64,000 nt of DNA from an uncultured Actinomycetes bacterium (GCA_963725665.1 CAVRZA010000006.1:320001-384000); one strand, 5' to 3'. Counted from the stretch's first letter, positions 9,561 through 22,605 are shown. Made by a program: numbers and translations. The notes: a model not told the origin generated them from the sequence alone.

Positions 9561-10691
9561 ATGATGGCACGCAGGTCCGCACGTATTCTGCCTTCTCTGG
9601 CCATCCTGTGTCTGGTGGTGCTCGGCGCCGCTTGCGGTGGTGGTGGCGGCGGCGAGTCGGCTGCGCCCACTGCCGCCACGACAGCGGCCACGACCCCCGC
9701 GGAGATCGCCGGCGACCTCGAACTCTTCGCCTACGAGGACGGCTTCACGCCGGGCTACATCGGGCCGTTCAAGAAGATGTATCCGAACCTCAATCTCCGC
9801 GCTACCGCCTACGACAGCGGCGACGCCGCGATCGCCAAGATGCGCGCCGGGTTCCATCCCGATGTGATCAACCTATGTGTCGAAGAGGACGCGGAGCTCG
9901 CCATGCGTCTCGGCTTCATCCAGCCTATCGACGTCTCGCGCGTCAAGGAGTGGAACAACATGTTTCCCGTCTTCCAGAAGCTGCACGGCGTGGAGATGGA
10001 GGGCAAGGTCTGGATGGTGCCCGTCGACGCCGGCGTGACGGGCATGGTCTACAACACCAAGGCGATCACGCCGGCGCCGACGTCGTTCAAGGACCTGTTC
10101 GACCCGAAGTACAAGGGCCAGGTGGCCATGATCGACTACCCCGTGACCGCTATCCAGGTAGGAGCGCTGGCGCTGGGCTTCAGTGATCCGCTGAACCTCA
10201 CGGACGAGCAGCTCGAGGCAGTCAAGAACCTGTACGTCGACGCGAAGAAAAGCGGCCAGTTCCGCACCTTCTTCCAGAACGACTCCGAGCTCGCGAACCT
10301 CTTCAGGACGCACGAGATCACCTTCGCCATGGGGTATCCGAGCAACGCCCAAGACGCGAAGCGAGCTGGCGAGCCGGTGAAGTTCACGCTCGCCAGCGAG
10401 GGTCAGATCCTCTGGACGTGCGGCTACGGCATCACCACGTGGTGCAAGAACGTCGACGCCGCCTACGCCCTCATCAACTACTACCTCTCCACGAAGGCCG
10501 AGGCCTACGAGGCCAAGACCTGGAACTACATGGTCACCAACGCCAAGACGCTCGACGTCGTTACGCCGCAGGTGAAGCGGGACGCCAATCTCGAGCGGCC
10601 CGCCAACATGGGGAACGCGCTCCCGGCTGCACCTCCCGTGAAGGGCTACAGCAAGTGGGTGCGGCTCTGGCAGGAGGTCAAGAGGAGCTAG
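9561..10691 (+). CDS. Spermidine/putrescine-type ABC substrate-binding lipoprotein
   Basis: Lipobox LGAAC; PotD-like motifs SFKDLFDPKYKG, EG..W, AYALINY. Confidence 0.88.
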   Translation: MMARRSARILPSLAILCLVVLGAACGGGGGGESAAPTAATTAATTPAEIAGDLELFAYEDGFTPGYIGPFKKMYPNLNLRATAYDSGDAAIAKMRAGFHPDVINLCVEEDAELAMRLGFIQPIDVSRVKEWNNMFPVFQKLHGVEMEGKVWMVPVDAGVTGMVYNTKAITPAPTSFKDLFDPKYKGQVAMIDYPVTAIQVGALALGFSDPLNLTDEQLEAVKNLYVDAKKSGQFRTFFQNDSELANLFRTHEITFAMGYPSNAQDAKRAGEPVKFTLASEGQILWTCGYGITTWCKNVDAAYALINYYLSTKAEAYEAKTWNYMVTNAKTLDVVTPQVKRDANLERPANMGNALPAAPPVKGYSKWVRLWQEVKRS

Positions 10692-11627
10692 ATGGCGGTC
10701 TCGACCGAGACTGGGATGCCGGCGGAGGCCGGCACCATCGTTCCCTACGCCAGTGCCACCGCCGAGGAAGTACGGCTGCCCCTGAGCCTGCGGCTCAAGC
10801 GGGCAGCCCCTCACGTCGGCGGCGCGACGATCGCGCTGATCATCCTTCTTGCCCTCTACGGCCCGATCACCGTGCTCGCCGTCTTCTCCTTCAACGACTC
10901 CATCGTGCTCTCGCTTCCCTGGGCGGGCTTCACGACGCGCTGGTACCACGAAGCCCTCGGTAACACCAACCTCCAGGCGGCGTTGCGCAACTCGTTCATG
11001 GTGGCATGTGTCGTAGCCCCCCTCAGCCTGGCGCTCGGGACGCTGGGCGCCTTCTGTATCACAAGGATGCGGTTCTGGGGCCGCGGGCCAGCGGCGATGT
11101 TGATGGCCGCGCCGCTGGTCGTGCCGTGGCTGATTGTCGGCGTCAGCGCCGTGATCTTCTTCAGCAAACTCAACGTCGGTCTGTCGTGGCGAACGGTAAT
11201 CGCCGTGCAGACGGTCGTTACCTTTCCGCTGGTCACAGTCATCGTCTCGGCCCGGCTGGCGCGCTTCGACCGCACACAGGAGGAAGCCGCCGTCGATCTC
11301 GGCGCATCGCAACTGCAGGTGCTGCGACATGTGATCCTGCCGCATCTCGTGCCGGCGCTCGCCGCTTCGGCGATCCTGGCGTTCATGTGGTCGTTCAACA
11401 ACTTCGAGATCAGCTACTTCGTCGGCGGCTTCGACGAGCTCTTCCCCGTGTGGGTGTACTCGACGCTGCGCCACGCCTCGAACCTACCGGTCGTGAACGC
11501 GATCGCCAGTCTCGTCGCCGTGACCGAGGTGATCGTCGTGTACTTCGCCTATCGAGCGATGACGTGGCGCTCCAACGCGCGTACTGCGCGCGAGAAAGCC
11601 GACACCCTAGCGGGAGCGTGGCGCTGA
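10692..11627 (+). CDS. PotC-like ABC permease
   Basis: FSFN...GFTTRWY; EEAAVDLGA EAA loop. Confidence 0.9.
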   Translation: MAVSTETGMPAEAGTIVPYASATAEEVRLPLSLRLKRAAPHVGGATIALIILLALYGPITVLAVFSFNDSIVLSLPWAGFTTRWYHEALGNTNLQAALRNSFMVACVVAPLSLALGTLGAFCITRMRFWGRGPAAMLMAAPLVVPWLIVGVSAVIFFSKLNVGLSWRTVIAVQTVVTFPLVTVIVSARLARFDRTQEEAAVDLGASQLQVLRHVILPHLVPALAASAILAFMWSFNNFEISYFVGGFDELFPVWVYSTLRHASNLPVVNAIASLVAVTEVIVVYFAYRAMTWRSNARTAREKADTLAGAWR

Positions 11628-12520
11628 TGGCCGACGTCGTCGTCGAGCAACGTGGCCGCCCCTTGAGGCGACAGGCGGCACGCAGACTGCGCCCGTTTGC
11701 GTTCCTCTTCGGTCCCATCGGCATACTGCTCGCATTCTTCGTGGCGCCGCTGGTCATCATGATCGTCATCAGCTTCCGCTACGCGTCTCTGTTCGGTTTC
11801 GAGAGCGGCTGGACGATGAGCAACTACGTCAACGTGCTCACCGACCCCATCTACTGGGACGTCGCCAAGGACACGGTCGAGATGGCCACCATCGCCATGG
11901 CCGTGCAGCTCCTTGTCGGGTTTCCGCTCGCGTACTGGATCGCCTTCAAGGCAGGACGCTTCGAGCTCATTTACCTGCTCCTCCTCGTGCTCGCCGACGA
12001 GCTCAACCCAATCATCCGGATCTACGCCTGGCGCATGATCCTCGGACGCGAGGGCATGATCAACCACGTGCTGCAGAGCATCGGCGCGATAGACCATCCC
12101 CTCGACTGGCTGCTCTTCACCAAGTTCTCGGTGATCACTGTGCTCACGACGAGCTGGGTCACCTACACCGTGCTGCCCATCTACGCGGCGATGAAGGCCA
12201 TCGACCCGAGCCTCTTCGAAGCGGCCATTGACTTGGGCGCAAGGTGGACGACACGCTGGCGACGCATACTGATCCCCCTCGCCGCGCCGGGCATCTTCGT
12301 CGCCATCATCCTCGTATACATCCCGCTGTTCACCGACTTCGCCACCCCGGCCCTGGTCGGAGGGGCGTCCTCCTACATGCTAGGCAACTCGGTGGCCGAT
12401 CTGATGATCGCCACCGGAGACTGGGGGATGGGCGCCGCCCTGAGTCTGCTGCTGCTCGCCGCAGTGGCCGGAGTCGCAGTGGTGGCCTACTTCCTCTCCA
12501 AGCTGAACCAACTCGATTGA
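11627..12520 (+). CDS. PotB-like ABC permease
   Basis: IIRIYAW, LFEAAIDLGA, FATPALVGG. Confidence 0.9.
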   Translation: MADVVVEQRGRPLRRQAARRLRPFAFLFGPIGILLAFFVAPLVIMIVISFRYASLFGFESGWTMSNYVNVLTDPIYWDVAKDTVEMATIAMAVQLLVGFPLAYWIAFKAGRFELIYLLLLVLADELNPIIRIYAWRMILGREGMINHVLQSIGAIDHPLDWLLFTKFSVITVLTTSWVTYTVLPIYAAMKAIDPSLFEAAIDLGARWTTRWRRILIPLAAPGIFVAIILVYIPLFTDFATPALVGGASSYMLGNSVADLMIATGDWGMGAALSLLLLAAVAGVAVVAYFLSKLNQLD

Positions 12521-12586
12521 GGTCCGAGAGACGGAACGAAGGGACCAGTTCATGAGACGAGGCTTGGTCGACAGGCAAGGGAGTGC

Positions 12587-13750
<1,164 letters not shown>

Positions 13751-13874
13751 GGCGGCGGAGACCGACCGCAGGGATAGCAGTTCTGCCGTCTCCCGCGGCA
13801 GCCAGGCGTAGAGCGATGCCAGTGAGGCGACGCGTGATGCGGACGAGCCAGCCGCCGGCAGGGGGAGCTGCTGC

Positions 13875-15152
13875 ATGGTGACCGCAGCAGACAGCGCTCG
13901 GCTGTTCTGGGTGCGGCCGGGCATGGAGATCGACCACGGTCGGCTCACCCTGGCCGGCCGCGACGCCGAGCAGCTCGCGAGGGAGCACGGCACACCACTC
14001 TACGCATACGACCTGACCCGCATCGAGGAGCAGGTGCGCGCCTTGCAGGGAGCCCTGGACGATGCTGGACTGCGCTACCGGACGAGGCTGGCGATGAAGG
14101 CACAGCGAGAGCCGGAGGTCCTGGCGTACGTGCGACGCCTCGGCGGGTCGGGCAGCCCCGAGAGCGTGGGGCTCGACGTCTGCTCGCCCGGCGAGGCCCT
14201 GCACGCGCTCTCCCATGGATGGTTGCCCGAGGAGATCAGCTACACGGGCACCAATGTGTCGGAGCGCGACTTAGATGTGATTCTCGCGCACCCTATCCAC
14301 CTGAATGTCGACCTCATCAGTCAGCTCGCCCGAGTCGGCCGTCGCGCGCCCGGCCGGGCCATCGGGATACGCGTCAACCCTAGAGGGGGCGCCGCCTGGG
14401 GAGGCGAGGAGAGCTCACTCTACAGCGGAACGAGACCGACGAAATTCGGTCTCTACGGGGAGCAACTCGACGAGGCACTCGCCCTGGCTCGCCGATACCA
14501 TCTCACCATAGACACCGTCCATTTTCACGTGGGCGACGGCTTCCTCGACGACGGCCTACCGGCTTTTGCCGAGGCCGTCGGCCGCGCCACGTTGATGGTG
14601 CGAGACCTCCTCGACGCCGGCTGCCCCATCACGGAGGTCAACACGGGCGGAGGCCTCGGTGTGCCACAGCTTCCTGGGGAGAGGCCGCTCGACCTCGACG
14701 CCTACGCCGGTATCCTGGCCGCTCACCTGGGTCCGTTGGACGTCGTCGTCGGGGTCGAGCCGGGTGATTTCCTCTGCAAGGAGAGCGCCATCCTCCTGGC
14801 CGAGGTCGTCACCGTTGAGGATCGCCTCGGGGTGCCCTTTGTCGGGCTCGATGTGGGCTGGAACGTTATGAACGACCGCTTCATCTATGACGTGCCCTTT
14901 GAGGTCGCCCTTTGCCGAGCCGCGGACACGCCCAGGACCCAGACGGTAGTGGTCTCCGGGCACATCAATGAGGGCGATGACCTGTTCGCCGAGGACTACC
15001 CCTTCCCTGAGGTCGATGAGGGCGACATCGTCGCCATCATCAACGTCGGCGGCTACAACCAGGCGATGACGATGGCCCACTGCATGAGACCGGCCGCAAA
15101 TGCGGTCTACTTCGAGGACAGGGTCGCGCCGGCTGTGGAGGACGGCGAGTGA
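13875..15152 (+). CDS. Group IV PLP-dependent decarboxylase (DAP decarboxylase-like, divergent)
   Basis: GTPLYAYD, AMKAQ (PLP Lys), TKFG, HFHVG, NTGGG, EPG, GGY. Confidence 0.82.
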   Translation: MVTAADSARLFWVRPGMEIDHGRLTLAGRDAEQLAREHGTPLYAYDLTRIEEQVRALQGALDDAGLRYRTRLAMKAQREPEVLAYVRRLGGSGSPESVGLDVCSPGEALHALSHGWLPEEISYTGTNVSERDLDVILAHPIHLNVDLISQLARVGRRAPGRAIGIRVNPRGGAAWGGEESSLYSGTRPTKFGLYGEQLDEALALARRYHLTIDTVHFHVGDGFLDDGLPAFAEAVGRATLMVRDLLDAGCPITEVNTGGGLGVPQLPGERPLDLDAYAGILAAHLGPLDVVVGVEPGDFLCKESAILLAEVVTVEDRLGVPFVGLDVGWNVMNDRFIYDVPFEVALCRAADTPRTQTVVVSGHINEGDDLFAEDYPFPEVDEGDIVAIINVGGYNQAMTMAHCMRPAANAVYFEDRVAPAVEDGE

Positions 15153-15225
15153 GCCACAGACAACCGCGGGGTGCGACCCTCAGATGCATGACCTCACCGG
15201 AGGCGATCGAGGCGGGGGGAGGTCA

Positions 15226-16883
<1,658 letters not shown>

Positions 16884-16930
16884 GACGAGTGGGTGGTGAC
16901 TGGCAGGCAGAGCGCTGCTGCGTTGCTGAT

Positions 16931-16961
16931 TGTCGACAGATAATTGTCGACAAGATAGCAT
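16931..16961 (+). promoter_or_regulatory. Tandem TGTCGACA operators plus -10 box (TAGCAT) of the OCD-kinase-enolase cassette
   Basis: TGTCGACA at 16931 and 16945; TAGCAT at 16956. Confidence 0.6.
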
Positions 16962-17059
16962 GGAGCGTGTGACTTGGCAGTCGGGTATTACGGACGAGAC
17001 CGCCAACATGGCCGGTGAGCAGCGCGAGCACGGACACAAGAGCGCGAGATAGGAGAGCG

Positions 17060-18220
17060 ATGGCGATGGAGAAGCGAAGTAGATTTCTCTACCTATCTGA
17101 GCCGGACATGATCGAGGCCGGAGTGCTCAATGCAGCGCAGTGCATCGACGTCTGTGAGGATGTCTTTAGGCTCCTCGCCACCGGCGACTACCTGATGGGT
17201 GGCCCTAACCACAATAGCCACGGCCTGGGCATCGACTTCCCCAAGGAGTCGCCGTTCCCCAGCATGCCCTTGGCGGGACCCGACCGCCGCTTCGTTGCGA
17301 TGCCGGCGTACCTGGGCGGGAAGTACGACGTCTGCGGCAACAAGTGGTATGGCTCCAACCCCGCCAACACTTCGCGAGGTCTGCCGCGCTCGGTTCTGAC
17401 CGTGATGCTAAACGACAAGGACACCGGCGAGCCCCTGTGTCTCATGTCAGCGAACCTCCTGAGTTCTGCTCGAACAGGCGCCATCCCCGCTGTAGCCTCC
17501 CGCTTTCTCGCGCGCCAGGACTCCGAGATCTGCGCTGTGATCGGATGCGGCCCGATCAACAAGGCATGCTTCCGGGCCGTTCTCTCGCAGATGCCAAGCC
17601 TCAAGAAAGCTATCTGCCACGACCTCACCGAGGCGACTGCCCAGGCCTTCGCGGATTGGTCAAGGACGAAGTTCGGGATAGACAGTGTCGTTTCTACCTC
17701 CCTTGAGGATGCCCTCGGGGACGCCGATGTCGTGACCGTCGCGGCATCGCGGCTGAAGACGCTCTACGTGCAGGACGCATGGTTCAAGAGTGGGGCAACC
17801 GTGCTACTCACTGGCCCGATGAAGGCGGAGGACTCCTTCTGGATCAACAGCACCATCGTCTACGACAACATCCACCTACAGAAGGCCTACGTTCTGGAAG
17901 CACTTGCCGCCCCCGACAAACTCAAGTACTACGACGGCGTCATTGGCGGACCGCTCTACAAGTTGATCGACGACGGGAAGATGCCGTCTCTGGCTGACTC
18001 CACTGACCTGGGAAATGTCATCCTTGGCAATAAGAGTCGTCGTCAGAGCGACGAGGAACGTATCGTCTTTGTTGCCTGTGGAATGGCCGTCTTCGACATT
18101 GCCTGGGGATTTGAACTCTACCAGTCTGCCCTCAAGCAAGGACTCGGCCAGTGGCTTGTGCTTTGGGATGAGCCCTACCGCGAAGAAGCATCTGCGTCGG
18201 CCATCCCGGCTGGACTCTGA
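17060..18220 (+). CDS. Ornithine cyclodeaminase/mu-crystallin family protein (TynB-like clade)
   Basis: FLYLSEPDMI, MPAYLGG, KWYGSN, RTGAIP, GMAVFDIAW; AGGAG RBS. Confidence 0.85.
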   Translation: MAMEKRSRFLYLSEPDMIEAGVLNAAQCIDVCEDVFRLLATGDYLMGGPNHNSHGLGIDFPKESPFPSMPLAGPDRRFVAMPAYLGGKYDVCGNKWYGSNPANTSRGLPRSVLTVMLNDKDTGEPLCLMSANLLSSARTGAIPAVASRFLARQDSEICAVIGCGPINKACFRAVLSQMPSLKKAICHDLTEATAQAFADWSRTKFGIDSVVSTSLEDALGDADVVTVAASRLKTLYVQDAWFKSGATVLLTGPMKAEDSFWINSTIVYDNIHLQKAYVLEALAAPDKLKYYDGVIGGPLYKLIDDGKMPSLADSTDLGNVILGNKSRRQSDEERIVFVACGMAVFDIAWGFELYQSALKQGLGQWLVLWDEPYREEASASAIPAGL

Positions 18221-18492
18221 CGGGTCGGGGACTAGAAGGTTCTATTCTCCCAGCATCGACGTAGGCGTCCGTCTAGTGGTTCGAGGTGGGGGACAGTCTT
18301 CATAGCTGCGGCTGGAGAGACAGGCGTCATGGCCGTCCGTTCGAGGTCGTCTCTTCCACCCTTGGGGACCAGAGCGGTCGGGTGCATCATCGGCTCGAGC
18401 AAGGCGCAGCGCCCCGCGAAACGGCCGCATGTGGATGCCGATGCCAACGCGGCGAAGGAGCTTGTCGGCCGGAAATGGGAGTGTGGTAGGGG

Positions 18493-19896
18493 ATGCTGAA
18501 GATACGCAACTTCGAAGCACTGATCTCGCACGGAGAGACACATTCCAGGAGGGTGGTGCTGGAGATTGCCGACAAGACGCTGCGACGGCTGGACGCATAC
18601 AGCAGGATAGGGAGCATCGCGCACCTAGACGGGTCTTCCCTGCACATCGGGACACGGACTTGGGACCTCTCGAAAAAGAGGCATGTGTACCTCGTCGGCG
18701 CCGGAAAGGCATGCAACGCGATGGCTGCCGCGCTCGACGAGATCCTCGGCGACAATCTCAGCAAGGGGATCGTGATCGTCAAGGTCGCGGAGGAGGCAGA
18801 CGTCTTCAGGCACACAGACGTCTACGTGGGTGGGCACCCACTGCCCAACCGGACGGGCTACGAGGCCTCTCTGAAGATCCTGGAACTCGCGGACCAAGCG
18901 GGGCCCGAGGACCTATTCATTGCAGTGATCAGCGGGGGGAGCTCAGCTCTGATGAGCTGTCCGGTCCAGGGAATCTCAACACAGGACGAGATAGACGCAA
19001 CAGATGTTCTGCTGAAGTCCGGGGCCGGCATCTATGAGATCAACGCGATTCGACGCCACATATCGCAGACGAACGGCGGCATGCTGGCTAAGAGAATCCA
19101 AGCTTCCGGTGCTGAGCTGATCGGCTTTGGTATCTCCGACGCTGTCGGGAACCCGCCGACGGGCGACATCGGAATCCCGTGCCGGAACTACGCAAGCACG
19201 CCGATCGGTCCCGATAGGACTACCATTGCTGAGGCCCGGCGCGTCATCGCCGACTATGACTTGGCTGATCGGCTGCCCCCCAACGTAGTCCGGTACCTCA
19301 TGGAGGCAGGTGAGGCTTGCGAGACGCCCAAGGCATTCCCGGACAACACCTATTATCTGCTTAACACCGTGCCCGATTCGTGCATCTACGCAAGAGAGGT
19401 GGCGGAGGAGATGGGGATCCCTGCCTACATCCTGACTTCCTTCCTCGAGGGTGAAGGCAAGGATGCCGGCACCCTCTTCGCCTCGCTTGCCCGTGAGGTA
19501 CAGGCCTACGGAAACCCCTTCCCCGCACCGTGCGTTATCCTCAGCAGCGGGGAGACGACGACGAGGATCCTGGAGAACTCCGCTGTTGAAGGGCACGGGG
19601 GACCATCGCAAGAGCTCACCGCGAGCTTCGCGATCAGCGCCACGAAGGCTCCCGGGGTGTGCATGTTGTCGGTGGACTCGGAGGGAACTGACGGGACCAC
19701 AACCGTGGCCGGCGGGCTCACTGACTCAAGCAGCTACGAGGCGGCCATGAAGAATGGTGTAAGCCTGCATGCCGCGTTGCGGGGTCACTTCTGCTACGAA
19801 GCATTGGAGGCTATCGGCGACACCGTGATCACTGGCAACACGGGAACGAATCTCTGCGATTTCAACATTCTCTACGTCCCGACTCTTGAGAACTAG
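18493..19896 (+). CDS. Glycerate 2-kinase-like protein (MOFRL family)
   Basis: GAGKA, GGHPLP, ISGGSSAL, SGETT, DSEGTDG, TGTNLCD. Confidence 0.88.
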   Translation: MLKIRNFEALISHGETHSRRVVLEIADKTLRRLDAYSRIGSIAHLDGSSLHIGTRTWDLSKKRHVYLVGAGKACNAMAAALDEILGDNLSKGIVIVKVAEEADVFRHTDVYVGGHPLPNRTGYEASLKILELADQAGPEDLFIAVISGGSSALMSCPVQGISTQDEIDATDVLLKSGAGIYEINAIRRHISQTNGGMLAKRIQASGAELIGFGISDAVGNPPTGDIGIPCRNYASTPIGPDRTTIAEARRVIADYDLADRLPPNVVRYLMEAGEACETPKAFPDNTYYLLNTVPDSCIYAREVAEEMGIPAYILTSFLEGEGKDAGTLFASLAREVQAYGNPFPAPCVILSSGETTTRILENSAVEGHGGPSQELTASFAISATKAPGVCMLSVDSEGTDGTTTVAGGLTDSSSYEAAMKNGVSLHAALRGHFCYEALEAIGDTVITGNTGTNLCDFNILYVPTLEN

Positions 19897-19947
19897 CCAC
19901 AGGCAGGCTTCAAGGCCAGGCCGCTCCAGGGAGGAGCAGGGTCCCAC

Positions 19948-21216
19948 ATGAAGATCGAATCTCTGCGGGCACGGCAGCTTATCGACTGCATGTGCCGGCC
20001 AATGGTCGAGGTCGAGGTCGTGACGGAAGGAGGATTCGTCGGCAGAGGCGCAGCGCCTACCGGCCAGTCCGTGGGGATGCACGAGGCCTTCGTGCTGCGG
20101 GATAACGATCCTGACGTGTACAACGGGCTCAGCGTTCACCGGGCGGTAGAGAACGTCCGGCACGTAATCGCGCCGGCCCTGATCGGGATGCCGGTCGACG
20201 ACCAACGCGCCCTCGACGACCTGATGATCGCCCTCGATGGGACAGAGAACAAGAGCAACCTGGGCGGTAACGCCATCTACTCGACCTCGATCGCCTGCCT
20301 CAGGGCTGCTGCTGCCGCCGCCGGTCTGCCCCTCTATCAATATCTCGGGCGGGAGCGTCTCAAGACGGTTCCAGTACCAAGTTTCAACATGGTGAACGGG
20401 GGACGATACCGCGACTTCGTACAACCGTTCAATGAGTTCATCGTCATGCCCTACAAGGCAGAGTCCATCTTTGAAGCGGTGGAGATGGCGGTCGATCTCT
20501 TCGACGTGATGTCTGGCGTTCTAGAGGAGCACCTCGGATCGTCTCCGAAGGTGGCGCGCTCCTATGGCTACGTTGCGCCGTCTGAGGATCCTGAAGTCGT
20601 CCTTTCGTTGATGCAGGAGGCGATCGATCGCTGCGGGTACGCGGACAAGATGGCCTTCGCCCTCGACTGCGCCTCGAGTGAGATGTACGACAGCGCGACC
20701 GCGACCTACTACCTCAAGGGGGGGCGGGTTGGCACTGACGAGCTGATTTCCTACGTCAAGGACCTGACCGAGACGTTCAACTTGGTGTTCGTGGAGGACC
20801 TCCTGGACGAGAACGACTGGGACGGCTATCCACGTGCCGTGAGGCAGATTCCCCGCACCATCATTCTTGGAGACGACCTCATCGCTACGAACCTGGCGCG
20901 TCTTCGGAAGGCGACAGCCATGGGGGCGATCGAGGGATTTGTCTTCAAGCCCAATCAGATCGGGACGATCTCGGAGGCCTTGGAGACCTATGAATACGGG
21001 GTCGCACACAACCTCGTCGCAGTCCCCTCTGGGCGCTCGGGCGGTGTTGTCGATGACGTGGTCATGGACCTATCGGTCGGACTCCAGGTTGCATTTCAGA
21101 AGAACGGCGCGCCACGGTCGGGAGAGCGGATCGAGAAGCTCAACTTCCTCATGCGTGCTGCTGACTCAATTCCTGACTGCTCCCTGGCAGATGTAGTCAG
21201 CATCGTGAAGTTCTAG
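19948..21216 (+). CDS. Enolase-like protein with a non-canonical active site
   Basis: KSNLGGNA, LDCASSE, VEDL, GDDL, KPNQIGT, RSG; several catalytic positions are altered. Confidence 0.85.
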   Translation: MKIESLRARQLIDCMCRPMVEVEVVTEGGFVGRGAAPTGQSVGMHEAFVLRDNDPDVYNGLSVHRAVENVRHVIAPALIGMPVDDQRALDDLMIALDGTENKSNLGGNAIYSTSIACLRAAAAAAGLPLYQYLGRERLKTVPVPSFNMVNGGRYRDFVQPFNEFIVMPYKAESIFEAVEMAVDLFDVMSGVLEEHLGSSPKVARSYGYVAPSEDPEVVLSLMQEAIDRCGYADKMAFALDCASSEMYDSATATYYLKGGRVGTDELISYVKDLTETFNLVFVEDLLDENDWDGYPRAVRQIPRTIILGDDLIATNLARLRKATAMGAIEGFVFKPNQIGTISEALETYEYGVAHNLVAVPSGRSGGVVDDVVMDLSVGLQVAFQKNGAPRSGERIEKLNFLMRAADSIPDCSLADVVSIVKF

Positions 21217-21502
21217 TGCCGCGACTAGATCTCGTGCCCCCCGCGCAGCGTACCCACCCTGTGGCGCAAACGCCTGGCTTGGCTTCTCCGACAGGGGAGC
21301 CGTCCTCGCCGATCGGGTGGTGGCCGCCGCCATCCTGAACTGCCTCTTGCACCACGCCACCGCGGTGAACACCAAGGGCAAGAGCTTCCGCATGGGGCGG
21401 CTTCAAGATCAAATCGACAAGGAGAGAGGCGGCGCTGCTGTGGTCCAAGGGAGCTCTGCACTCTTCATGAGCGGCTCACTGCACTTCTCGTGATCGCCTG
21501 CA
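21217..21502 (+). mobile_element. IS21-family remnant (IstB C-terminal fragment and right-end repeats)
   Basis: From 21281: GFSDRGAVLADRVVAAAILNCLLHHATAVNTKGKSFRM, resembling IstB AILDRLLHH..KG.SYR; repeated CTGCACT..TGA.CG units at 21456-21497; TG...CA ends (left end tentative). Confidence 0.7.
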
Positions 21503-21584
21503 GCCGCGGCTCTGGTACTCGGCGCAGCCAGTGGAGAGTGGTCAGCGCCACCTGGCCCACCAGGCCGCTCGCACACAACGGGCC

Positions 21585-21821
21585 TGCGCGCTCTTCACCG
21601 ACTCGGATGGTATCGACGGCGCGACCGACGCGGCGGGGGGCCTGGTCGACGACCTCACCGTGCGCGAGGCGGGCGAGCGCGGCGTCGATATCGGCGCGGC
21701 CCTGGCCGCGCACACCTCGAAAGACGCGCTCGCCCGCCTCGCCGATCTCGTCCTCACCGGCCCCACCGGCACCAACGTCAACGATATGAAGATCCTGCTG
21801 AAGGCCGCGGCAGCGCGTTGA
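21585..21821 (+). pseudogene. 3' remnant of a glycerate kinase (MOFRL domain)
   Basis: TDSDGIDGATDAAGGLVD...TGPTGTNVND; 5' part absent. Confidence 0.8.
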
Positions 21822-21863
21822 TGCCCGGGATCGGGCAGGCCGACAGCTTCGCCGAGCCGCGGA

Positions 21864-22268
21864 TCAGCCGAATCCGAACGGTCCCCACAGGTAGAAGACG
21901 ACCGCGTTCCCGACGCCCGCGGCCAGCGTCATCAGCAGCGCCACGCCTGTGATCCACGCCGATGAAGAGTGCGGCCGTCCGCGCCGGCCCGCAGCGAGCG
22001 CAAGAAGCACCAGCGCCACCGCGTCGGCGGCGCCGACGACGATGTAGATCGCCGGCGTCCAGAGGGTCCGCACCGCCTCATCCGGGTGAGCGAGGAACGC
22101 CCACAGCACGAACGCGAGCGAGGCCATGAGGATGACCAGCGCAGCCACGATGGAACCTCGGCGTGTGCGGCCGACGCGCAGGTTGTGCACGAACAGTTCG
22201 AGCGTCAGCAGCGGCCCCAGCCCGATGAGAAGCACAAGCGCGATGACGAGCACTGCGTTGCGTGGCAC
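21864..22268 (-). CDS. Hypothetical membrane protein (about 4 TM)
   Basis: Four hydrophobic stretches; GTG start after a G-rich RBS. Confidence 0.6.
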   Translation of the reverse strand: MPRNAVLVIALVLLIGLGPLLTLELFVHNLRVGRTRRGSIVAALVILMASLAFVLWAFLAHPDEAVRTLWTPAIYIVVGAADAVALVLLALAAGRRGRPHSSSAWITGVALLMTLAAGVGNAVVFYLWGPFGFG

Positions 22269-22468
22269 GGTACCCCCGTCGGTAGCCTGCGGTCGTCGGA
22301 CCCGCGAGCACTGACGCAATACTACAGGAGGCCGGCAGGGGCGACGCGAGGTTCCCCGGCCCGCGGAACGTTGGCGCCTCATGGCCCCAAGCGCCGTCCC
22401 TCGTCGCCACATGACGCAGACCGCTTATGCAGCGATGGGCACGACGTCGCCGCGCGCGCAGTGAAGAG

Positions 22469-22501
22469 GTGGCGGGCAGTGCGGGAGTTACACCCGCCTA
22501 C
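22469..22501 (-). repeat. Displaced 3' end of tRNA-Pyl (att site)
   Basis: 32 of 33 bp identical to 23701-23733. Confidence 0.9.
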
Positions 22502-22605
22502 GTGATCCAGAATCCTCCTAAACTCATAAGAGATACGGTGAGCGGGTCTTTTCGAGCCTAGAAGCGCAGATTAGGGGAGGCAAACCGGCCTGCGCTGAGC
22601 CTACT

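Noticed and set aside
22469-22540. Second tRNA-Pyl gene
   Set aside because: Only the 3' 33 bp match; there is no anticodon arm, D arm or 5' acceptor strand.
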